From an uncultured Ignavibacteriales bacterium (GTDB lineage Bacteria > Zixibacteria > MSB-5A5 > GN15 > JAAZOE01): 64,000 nt of DNA. Position numbers and translations under genes: made by a program. Every line of letters starts with the position of its first letter. Position 1 is the first letter of the stretch. The notes under the pieces are model-generated. The model searched no databases. It was not told where the DNA came from and worked only from the letters and a program-made list of their open reading frames with translations. The stretch is taken from positions 30,691-94,690 of the forward strand of contig CAZJWR010000002.1 in assembly GCA_964549765.1 (NCBI GenBank), given 5' to 3'. Below are positions 56,780 through 64,000 of this stretch, one piece after another.

Positions 56780-57049
56780 GTTTGAACCACTTCCTTTTCA
56801 ATAGTTCAGATAACGGCATAAATAGGCAAAGAATATACCATAATCGTGCCGGATGTCAATGAATTTATAAATCGGCGTCAAGGCAAAATAGAAATCGCCC
56901 ATTTTCATACCTGGGGCAATATCCGCGTCTCCGCCACCAACTTCGATACCGCGCTCCGGTTTCAAAAGGCCGGAAAAACCGGCCAAAAGCGTCATTTGCA
57001 GGCGGAGCCGCCTCTTGACTCCCCGCGGGGAGCGACGTATTTTATCGGC

Positions 57050-57787
57050 ATGACTGAGACGATCCAAAATCTGCTCGAACGGCTGTGCCGCGCCGAAGAC
57101 GTTGTCGTTTCCACCGGAGCGGGCGTTTCGGCAGAATCGGGCGTGCCAACGTTTCGTGGCGCCGGCGGCATTTGGTCGAAAATGAAGCCCGAGGAGCTGG
57201 CGTCGGTGGACGGCTTCATGAATAATCCGCAACTGGTTTGGGAATGGTACCAGTATCGCCGCGACCTGACGAGCAAGGTGTCTCCGAACCCCGGCCATCG
57301 CGCCATCGCGCAGATGGAGAAGCTGTTCCCGAAATTCACGTTGATCACGCAAAATATCGACGGCCTCCACGCCCGCGCCGGATCGGGCAATATCCTAGAA
57401 CTTCACGGCAATATTACCCGCAACAAATGCCTCAAATGCAAACGTCCGTACCGGGGAGAGATCGACCTCGAAAAGGGTCTGCCGTATTGCGAATGCGGCG
57501 GCATGATCCGCCCCGACGTGGTGTGGTTCGGCGAGATGCTGCCCCAGGATATTTTGCAGCGGGCGTTTCAGGCCACCGAGGAGGCCGATGTCTTTTTCTC
57601 AGTCGGCACCTCGACGCTGGTTCAGCCGGCGGCGTCGCTGCCGTTTATGGCGCGCCGAGGGGGCGCCTATGTCGTCGAGGTCAATATCGAACCGACAGGT
57701 CTGACCACAATCGCCGACCTTTTCCTGCAAGGCAAATCGGGCGAGGTTCTTCCGAGGATAGTCGAGGAATTGCAATCCCCCGCTTAG
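57050..57787 (+). CDS. cobB: NAD-dependent protein deacylase (Sir2/CobB family)
   Basis: STGAGVSAESGVPTFRG, QNIDGLH and the Zn ribbon CLKC...CECGG. The start at 57050 (MTETIQ) lies inside the longer track ORF. Confidence 0.85.
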   Translation: MTETIQNLLERLCRAEDVVVSTGAGVSAESGVPTFRGAGGIWSKMKPEELASVDGFMNNPQLVWEWYQYRRDLTSKVSPNPGHRAIAQMEKLFPKFTLITQNIDGLHARAGSGNILELHGNITRNKCLKCKRPYRGEIDLEKGLPYCECGGMIRPDVVWFGEMLPQDILQRAFQATEEADVFFSVGTSTLVQPAASLPFMARRGGAYVVEVNIEPTGLTTIADLFLQGKSGEVLPRIVEELQSPA

Positions 57788-57794
57788 GGTTTAT

Positions 57795-58733
57795 ATGCGC
57801 GCCCATACCCATTCCAAAGGCCCGGCCGCGCCGGTCAAAGACGCCGAGCGTATTATCGAGATCGGCGAACAACTGCTGGCCCGCCTGACCGCCTGCGATC
57901 TTTGTCCGCAAAACTGCCGGGTCGACCGCACCGTCGGCGAAACCGGCGAGTGCGGCATCACCGACCAAATGCTGGTGGCCAGCTGCAACCTGCATCATGG
58001 CGAGGAGCCGCCGTTGTCGGGGAATCGCGGGTCGGGGACGATTTTTTTCTCCGGATGTTCGCTGACCTGCCTCTATTGCCAGAACTATCCTCTCAGCCAG
58101 CAGCTGATCGGTTCACCGTTCAGCGTCGAGGAGCTGGCACATGCAATGCTGCAGCTCCAGAAACGGGGCGCTCATAACATCAATCTCGTCACCCCCGACC
58201 ATGTCATCGGGCATATTGTCAAGGCTATCGGCCTGGCCGTAAAGGACGGCCTGGCAATACCGATAGTTTTCAACAGTTCCGGCTACCAGAAGCTCAGTAC
58301 GGTCCGGCTGCTGGAGGGGATCGTCGATATTTATCTGGTCGATATGCGGTATGCCGACAACGAAATAGCCCGCAACTGTTCCCGGGCGAAAAAGTATAAG
58401 GAAGTGAACCGGGCGGCGGTCAAAGAGATGTTCCGCCAGGTGGGAAATCTGGTCCGGCGAGGCGGCATAGCCATCCGCGGGATTTTGGTCCGTCACCTTG
58501 TTTTGCCCGGCGGTTTGTCGGGATCGCAAGAGGTTTTTCGATTTCTGGCGGATGAGATTTCGCCGAAAGTGTATGTGAGCTTGATGAGTCAGTATTTTCC
58601 CGCCTATCAGGCGGTGGGGCATCCGCAATTGGGCCGGAGAATAACGCGGGCCGAGTTTGACAGGGCCGTTGATATGTTCTATACTGCAAAATTGAGTCGC
58701 GGATATATACAGGAGATGGGATCGGGTGCCTAA
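57795..58733 (+). CDS. radical SAM protein (PflX/COG1313-like)
   Basis: FFSGCSLTCLYCQN is the CxxxCxxC motif. An N-terminal CDLCPQNC extra Cys cluster is also present. Confidence 0.75.
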   Translation: MRAHTHSKGPAAPVKDAERIIEIGEQLLARLTACDLCPQNCRVDRTVGETGECGITDQMLVASCNLHHGEEPPLSGNRGSGTIFFSGCSLTCLYCQNYPLSQQLIGSPFSVEELAHAMLQLQKRGAHNINLVTPDHVIGHIVKAIGLAVKDGLAIPIVFNSSGYQKLSTVRLLEGIVDIYLVDMRYADNEIARNCSRAKKYKEVNRAAVKEMFRQVGNLVRRGGIAIRGILVRHLVLPGGLSGSQEVFRFLADEISPKVYVSLMSQYFPAYQAVGHPQLGRRITRAEFDRAVDMFYTAKLSRGYIQEMGSGA

Positions 58734-61700
58734 GAAAAGTATTCCCCTTCTGACGGCGATCTTCTTGTTGCTGACGTTCAGTTCCTGCACGTGCATCTAT
58801 TTCAACACCTTCCACAATATCCGTAAGGATTTCGGCGCCGCCGAAAAATCGCGCAAGGAGTCCGGGCGGGACAAGGCCAGCGGCGGCGAAGCCAAGCAGT
58901 ACAACGACGCCATCGCCAAAGCGTCACGCGTCCTGGAACGCCATCCCACTTCCAGCTACGTCGATGACGCCCTGTATATCATCGGGACGTCCTATTATTA
59001 TCTGGGTGAATACGACAAGGCCAGCCGGAAATTCAAAGAGCTGTTCGCCAATTATCCGAAGTCCGAGTATATTCCGCGTTCGCGCCTCCTTATGGCGAAG
59101 GCCAAGTTGAAATTGAAGGAGGAAGCCGAAGCGGTCGTCATTTTCGAAGAGATTTTCGAGAAGGATAAGAACAAGGAGATGAAAGCCCAGGCGGCGCGGT
59201 CGCTGGGTGAGTATTATTTCGAAAGTCGCGATTATGATAAATCCAACGAGTATTTCATGGCGCTGGTCGATTCCCTCGGCGACCAATCGGAGCGGCTGAA
59301 CGCCCTCATCTACGTGGCCGACGGCTACTTCGACATGTTCGCGCTAAAACCGGCCATCGACAAATACAGCATCGCTTTGAAGCAGAACCCTGACACCCTG
59401 CAATTTTATCATATTATGTTTCGCCTGGCCGAATGCGATATCTATCTCAATAAGATCACCGAGGGTACCGAAAAGCTTTCTGAATTGGCCGACAATGAAG
59501 TGTACTATGATTCGCTGGCGCCGATCAGGCTCAAGATGGCTGAAGGATATGAATGGGAAGGGGATTTCAATTCCGCGATTGACACCTACGAACGGATAAT
59601 CGACGAGAATCCGCGGCGTGACCCGGCCGCCATCGCCTATTATCGGCTGGGCCTGATCTATCAATACGACTTCGAAGATCTCACCAAAGCCCGGGCCTAT
59701 TATCAGAAATCGCGTGAGGAAAAAACCAATTCCTCGGTGGCCGAGGACGCCACGCGGCGGGCGTCGAAACTGGCTCTGCTGGAGCAATATAGCAAAACCG
59801 ATCAGGATACGACCGTCGCCGATTCCACTCAGGGAGTCGATTTCGAGCGGCTGAATGAATTGTCGGAAAACGAGTTCCTGCTGGCCGAATTATTCTACTT
59901 CGATCTGGAAAAGCCGGATTCGGCGATCAATACTTACGAGACAATGCTCGATCGCTACCCGACGTCGCGCCTGGCGCCGCGCGCCCTGATGTCGATGGCG
60001 CATATTTACCGAGACGAATATCATGATACCACCGGAGCCGACAGCCTGCTCCGGGAGGTCCTGAAGCAATATCCACATTACGATGAGGCGCAGGACGTTA
60101 TCGATATGCTGGGGCTGGCCGGCACCGTCGCCGATACCGGTTATGCCGCGATCCCGTTCGCCAAGGCCGAAACATTTCTGGACGAATTCCAGGAATCTGA
60201 TTCCAGCATGTACTATATTCAGCAGAACATTGATTCCATTCTCGCCGCTGATTCCTCCGCGTTCCGGGACACGACCGCCGTGGATACGACGCGGCCGCCC
60301 GATTCGCTGATCGTCGAGGATGTCTACCTGCAATCGGATACCACGATCGCTTCCGATTCCGCCCAGATCGCCGATTCGCTTCTTGTCGCCGAACGCCAAC
60401 GAATCGCCGATTCCGCTCGCACCGCCGATTCGCTTCGGACCGCCGAACGGCAGCGAATCTATGATTCTCTCCGTGTCGTCGATTCCATTCATGTCGCCGA
60501 TTCCGTGCGGGCGGCACAACTGGCTCACGTCGCCGATTCCCTTCGAGCTCTCCGAAATCAGGGCCACGATTCTCTGCCGACAAGCATGATCAACGGTCCG
60601 GATTCGCTGCTTCCTTCGGATACGCTGTCGCTCGCCGAGCTGGTTGCCAGAGCACACGAAACCTCCGATTCGACCGGGCGGCCGGACTCATTGTCGGGCG
60701 GAACGGTGGATAGCGCCGGGATTCCGCCGAGATCACAGACGCCCGTTGAACCGGAAATGGGGCCGCCTTCGCCGGAAGTGGTGCATGGGCCGCCAAGTTC
60801 CATGACCCAACTTGATTCCCTGCGACAGGCGCATACCCAAGCGACCCAGCATGCCGGTCAGCCGATCGATCAGAGGGCGGGTGTGAACCCGGTGAGCGGG
60901 CCGATCGTGAACCCGCAAATGGGCCCGCCGTTACCCGGATTCGATCAGGGCGCCGGTTTGCCGGGGCAGCCTGGTGCTCCGCAGCTGGTAACCACGCCGA
61001 ACGATATCCGCAGCCGGGCGAGCATCGGGGCGGCCGCGATGGGCGACACCGCAAAGCTGGCGTCGACGGCGAGCCAGACTGCCGACACGGGCGCCGCCGG
61101 GGACTCGGTCATCGTGCCGCAGAAAACCCTGGGGGAATGCTGGGATGAGGCTCTGGCGACGGCGAAAGACAGGTATAGCCCGCTGCAGTTGAGTCTCCTG
61201 GATTCGGCGCGCTATTACTACCGGCGTGTCATCGACAGTTTCCCGTATTCCCGCTATTACACGCAGTCACGATACGTCCTGCTCTGGACCTACGATCATT
61301 ATCTGGCCCCCGGCGATTCATCGCTGATGGATCTGTACCGCAATTTCGTCGATTCCTTTCCGCAGTCGGAATACGCCCAGGCGATCGCCGACGAATACGG
61401 TATCCGTTCTGCGGGGATGAAAACGGTCCGGCAGAATCAGAATCAGCAGCAGGAGCAAACCGAACCCGAAGCCGATACGACCGCGCTGGCCCAAGTCGAC
61501 AGCACCGGCCAGGAAGGTCAGGCGTCGGATTCCGTCAGCAGCACGGTGTCGAAATTTATCACCAGGGACGGCAAGCAACTCGAACCGGCCAACAAATATT
61601 TCTTGCAGGAAGACGTGCCTTTTGAGTATCCTCTGGAAGCCCTGGCATGGACGATCGAGGATGTTCTGTATTTTCAGATCCGGATCGATTTTTCCGGGAA

Positions 61701-61872
61701 GGTCGTTGATTTTCAGCTTATGAATCCGACGCAATCGCAGGAGCTGAACGATCGCGCCACGGAGACGGTAAAAAATACGCGGTTCGACAACGGCAGAATT
61801 CCGGCCGAGTTATTCGACCATTGGTTTTATTATAAATATGAGGTTCATCCCCCGGCTCAGTTGAGGCAATGA
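58726..61872 (+). CDS. large lipoprotein: N-terminal TPR (BamD/YbgF-like) repeats, low-complexity DS-repeat and Pro/Gln-rich linker, more TPR-like sequence, C-terminal TonB_C-like domain
   Basis: The signal and lipobox is LLLTFSSC. Multiple YYxLGxxY-type TPRs are present. The C-terminus ...FEYPLEALAWTIEDVLYFQIRIDFSGKVVDFQLM... resembles the TonB C-terminal fold. Confidence 0.6.
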   Translation: MPKKSIPLLTAIFLLLTFSSCTCIYFNTFHNIRKDFGAAEKSRKESGRDKASGGEAKQYNDAIAKASRVLERHPTSSYVDDALYIIGTSYYYLGEYDKASRKFKELFANYPKSEYIPRSRLLMAKAKLKLKEEAEAVVIFEEIFEKDKNKEMKAQAARSLGEYYFESRDYDKSNEYFMALVDSLGDQSERLNALIYVADGYFDMFALKPAIDKYSIALKQNPDTLQFYHIMFRLAECDIYLNKITEGTEKLSELADNEVYYDSLAPIRLKMAEGYEWEGDFNSAIDTYERIIDENPRRDPAAIAYYRLGLIYQYDFEDLTKARAYYQKSREEKTNSSVAEDATRRASKLALLEQYSKTDQDTTVADSTQGVDFERLNELSENEFLLAELFYFDLEKPDSAINTYETMLDRYPTSRLAPRALMSMAHIYRDEYHDTTGADSLLREVLKQYPHYDEAQDVIDMLGLAGTVADTGYAAIPFAKAETFLDEFQESDSSMYYIQQNIDSILAADSSAFRDTTAVDTTRPPDSLIVEDVYLQSDTTIASDSAQIADSLLVAERQRIADSARTADSLRTAERQRIYDSLRVVDSIHVADSVRAAQLAHVADSLRALRNQGHDSLPTSMINGPDSLLPSDTLSLAELVARAHETSDSTGRPDSLSGGTVDSAGIPPRSQTPVEPEMGPPSPEVVHGPPSSMTQLDSLRQAHTQATQHAGQPIDQRAGVNPVSGPIVNPQMGPPLPGFDQGAGLPGQPGAPQLVTTPNDIRSRASIGAAAMGDTAKLASTASQTADTGAAGDSVIVPQKTLGECWDEALATAKDRYSPLQLSLLDSARYYYRRVIDSFPYSRYYTQSRYVLLWTYDHYLAPGDSSLMDLYRNFVDSFPQSEYAQAIADEYGIRSAGMKTVRQNQNQQQEQTEPEADTTALAQVDSTGQEGQASDSVSSTVSKFITRDGKQLEPANKYFLQEDVPFEYPLEALAWTIEDVLYFQIRIDFSGKVVDFQLMNPTQSQELNDRATETVKNTRFDNGRIPAELFDHWFYYKYEVHPPAQLRQ
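60301..60610 (+). repeat. in-frame tandem repeats (GATTC / GCCGATTC-containing units) encoding (I/V)ADS(L/A)R...AERQR motifs
   Basis: The block GCCGATTCGCTTC....CGCCGAACG.CA.CGAATC occurs twice (60370-60405 and 60424-60459). Degenerate GCCGATTCC copies occur at 60496 and 60532. Confidence 0.7.
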
Positions 61873-62678
61873 GGAAAATCGTATCCCAGAGCTGCCGGAT
61901 CATCGAAAACCGGCGGCTGGACAAAACCGGCCTGTACCGCAGCCTGCGCGTGACCGACTTCAAAGCCGCCCGGACAGTTCATCCCGGACAGTTTGTCCAT
62001 ATCAAAGTCGCCGGATGCATGGATCCGTTTTTCCGCCGGGCGTTTTCCATCGCCGATTACGACCCCGATCAAGGGGAACTGGAGATAATCTACAAGGTCA
62101 TCGGCAAGGGAACCGGCGTCCTGGGACAGAAAACCAAAGGTGAATATCTCGATATCCTCGGCCCCCTGGGCAGCGGCTTTTCACGAATATCCAAATCCAA
62201 AACGGTCGTTATCATCGCCGGCGGGGTCGGTTTTCCGCCCCTGTATTTTCTGGCCAAACGCCTGGTCCAATCCGGTCATCCGGCGAGAAACATCCTCTTT
62301 TTCTACGGTGGACGAAACCGCGCCGACCTCGTCGAGATGAAGCGAACCCGCGATCTGGGAGTGGAATTGACCCCCTGCACCGACGATGGCTCCTATGCTT
62401 TTTCGGGATTCGTCACTGAAGCGGCGGCGGCGCGAATGGAGAAATTGGAGGGGAAAAAGACGACAATCTGCACCTGCGGCCCCGAGCCGATGCTGGCCGT
62501 GGTCCAGGAGACGGCCCGGCGGATGGGATTTTCCGGCGAAATGGCATTGGAGGCGCCGATGCCCTGCGGGATAGGTGTTTGTCTGGGATGTATCAAACCG
62601 TCGCTGGAATCGCCGCAGAAATATGTCCGCGTCTGCCACGACGGCCCGGTGTTCGAACTGGGCGAGGTAAAATTATGA
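61869..62678 (+). CDS. pyrK: dihydroorotate dehydrogenase electron-transfer subunit
   Basis: It has an FNR-like fold (RRAFSIAD) and a C-terminal 2Fe-2S motif CGIGVCLGC...C. It forms an ATGA overlap with pyrD. Confidence 0.85.
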   Translation: MRKIVSQSCRIIENRRLDKTGLYRSLRVTDFKAARTVHPGQFVHIKVAGCMDPFFRRAFSIADYDPDQGELEIIYKVIGKGTGVLGQKTKGEYLDILGPLGSGFSRISKSKTVVIIAGGVGFPPLYFLAKRLVQSGHPARNILFFYGGRNRADLVEMKRTRDLGVELTPCTDDGSYAFSGFVTEAAAARMEKLEGKKTTICTCGPEPMLAVVQETARRMGFSGEMALEAPMPCGIGVCLGCIKPSLESPQKYVRVCHDGPVFELGEVKL

Positions 62679-63589
62679 AACCCGATCTGCGCGTCGATAT
62701 CGCCGGCGTCACGTTGAAGAATCCCGTCACGGTGGCGTCCGGCACGTTCGGATACGGCGAGGAATTCGCCGATTTTATCGATCTCGACGCCCTCGGCGGC
62801 ATCGTCACCAAATCGATTACGCTCAAAGAACGCGCCGGACATCCGCCGCCCCGGACGTGCGAAACTGCCGGCGGTATGCTCAACGCCATCGGGCTGGCCA
62901 ACGTCGGCATTGAACGGTTTATCGACGAAAAGATTCCCTTCTTGAAGAAGCTCAAAACCGTCATCATCGTCAACGTTGCCGGCGCAACCGTGGATGAGTA
63001 TGTCGAAGTGTGCCGCCGGCTGGAAAAAGCCGGCCATTTCGATATGATGGAACTCAACGTTTCCTGTCCCAACGTCGACGAGGGCGGCATGGAGTTCGGC
63101 GTCGACGAAGCGTCGATCACACGGGTGATCCGAGCCGTCAGAGAGGTGACGAGCCGCCCGGTTATCGCCAAACTTTCTCCCAACGTGACGTCGATCGCCC
63201 AGATGGCGCAGGCAGCCAAAGAAGGCGGCGCGGCAGCCGTATCCCTGATCAATACCTTGGTCGGGATGGCGATCAATGTCCTCGATTGGCGGCCGCGCCT
63301 CTCCAACGGAACCGGCGGTTTATCCGGGCCGGCGATCAAACCGGTGGCGGTGGCCATGGTGCACAAGGTCTCGCGGGCGGTCGATATACCCATCATCGGG
63401 ATCGGCGGTATCGCCTCGGCCGAGGACGCCGTCGAGTTTCATTTGGTGGGAGCTCACGCCGTCCAAATCGGCACGGCCAATTTTATCGATCCCGGTACGA
63501 GCATGTCGGTCATCGCCGGGCTCGAAAAATATTTGGCGCAGCGCCGACTGTCGTCAATTTATGATATCATCGGAAAGGCCAGGATATAA
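62675..63589 (+). CDS. pyrD: dihydroorotate dehydrogenase, class 1B catalytic subunit
   Basis: ...NPVTVASGTFGYG..., ELNVSCPNV, ...GGLSGPAIKP... and IIGIGGI. Confidence 0.9.
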   Translation: MKPDLRVDIAGVTLKNPVTVASGTFGYGEEFADFIDLDALGGIVTKSITLKERAGHPPPRTCETAGGMLNAIGLANVGIERFIDEKIPFLKKLKTVIIVNVAGATVDEYVEVCRRLEKAGHFDMMELNVSCPNVDEGGMEFGVDEASITRVIRAVREVTSRPVIAKLSPNVTSIAQMAQAAKEGGAAAVSLINTLVGMAINVLDWRPRLSNGTGGLSGPAIKPVAVAMVHKVSRAVDIPIIGIGGIASAEDAVEFHLVGAHAVQIGTANFIDPGTSMSVIAGLEKYLAQRRLSSIYDIIGKARI

Positions 63590-63592
63590 TCT

Positions 63593-64000
63593 ATGAGCGC
63601 GCTGAAGAAGCTAACGGCCAGTGCCGAGGCGCATAATTCGATCCTCTGCGTGGGTCTCGATCTGGATCCGACCCGTCTCCCCCCGGGGATGGGCGAAAAC
63701 ACGACTGCGATTGCCCAATTCGCCATTCGGATAATCGCGGCCACGTCGGACATCGTGGCGGCGTATAAGCCCAATCTGGCCTTTTATGAAGCGTTCGGCC
63801 CCGACGGGCTGTCGCTGCTCAAGCTCATTTGCAGTCGTATCCCCGAGGATACGCTGATTATCCTCGACGGCAAACGCGGCGATATCGGCAACAGCGCCGC
63901 ATTCTATGCCAGAGCTCTCTTTGAACTCTATCGGGCCGACTGGGTGACGGTCAGTCCCTATATGGGTTTCGATTCCATCAAGCCTTTTCTGGAATTCAAG
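63593..64000 (+). CDS. pyrF: orotidine 5'-phosphate decarboxylase (long type), 3' end beyond window
   Basis: MSALKKLTASAEAHNSILCVGLDLDP...AAYKPNLAFYEA...LDGKRGDIGN. It is not in the track because no stop lies inside the window. Confidence 0.85.
   Translation, partial: MSALKKLTASAEAHNSILCVGLDLDPTRLPPGMGENTTAIAQFAIRIIAATSDIVAAYKPNLAFYEAFGPDGLSLLKLICSRIPEDTLIILDGKRGDIGNSAAFYARALFELYRADWVTVSPYMGFDSIKPFLEFK

Noticed and set aside
60301-60610. CRISPR-like array, suggested by the regularly spaced GCCGATTC repeats.
   Set aside because: The repeats are short, degenerate and in-frame, and lie inside a long ORF with continuous coding potential. They encode an ADS/R peptide repeat. No cas genes are present.

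Overview
No database search was run; every call rests on reading the sequence and the ORF track. Start codons were chosen from SD spacing, ATGA/TGATG overlaps and remembered family N-termini. This is a GC-rich chromosomal segment from a motile, apparently anaerobic bacterium. No integrase, transposase, phage gene or CRISPR array was seen. Most of the window is anaerobic aromatic (benzoyl-CoA) catabolism. (1) A roughly 13-kb minus-strand operon (20112->6995) encodes thiolase, a fused hydroxyacyl-CoA dehydrogenase/crotonase, a single-subunit HgdB/BCR-family radical enzyme with its activase, an ADP-forming acyl-CoA synthetase, an SSF symporter, a PanE-like reductase and the had-oah-dch ring-cleavage trio. 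(2) A roughly 12-kb minus-strand block (32197->20448) encodes TetR, a Bzd-type class I benzoyl-CoA reductase (N-O-P-Q order), a ferredoxin, an 845-aa Fe-S/flavin fusion oxidoreductase and a small CxxC protein, followed directly by molybdenum-cofactor genes. (3) A divergent FAD/2Fe-2S/Mo hydroxylase operon lies at 32592-36462. (4) Two tandem 2-oxoacid:ferredoxin oxidoreductases plus DUF364 lie at 43183->36917. (5) An acyl-CoA dehydrogenase, a split B12 acyl-CoA mutase and a biotin acyl-CoA carboxylase lie at 43562-51600. Housekeeping genes flank these: guaB, two tRNAs, motAB, secDF, cobB, a dCMP deaminase and pyrK-pyrD-pyrF. The most unusual element is a tandemly duplicated two-gene unit at 2641-4784. 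Each unit is a membrane-anchored TlpA-like thiol:disulfide oxidoreductase followed by a small Sec-exported 8-cysteine peptide. The two peptides share a scaffold (LCxxEC ... TCVxGPLNCP ... GC) that I cannot place in any known family. Other notable points are: a Phe/Gln (isobutyryl-CoA-mutase-type) active-site signature in the mutase; an in-frame TGA replacing a conserved Trp in a stand-alone LigD-type phosphoesterase; a Cys/His-rich insertion in the FAD subunit of the Mo enzyme; an orphan intrinsic terminator in a structured divergent leader; and two families of dispersed intergenic repeats.
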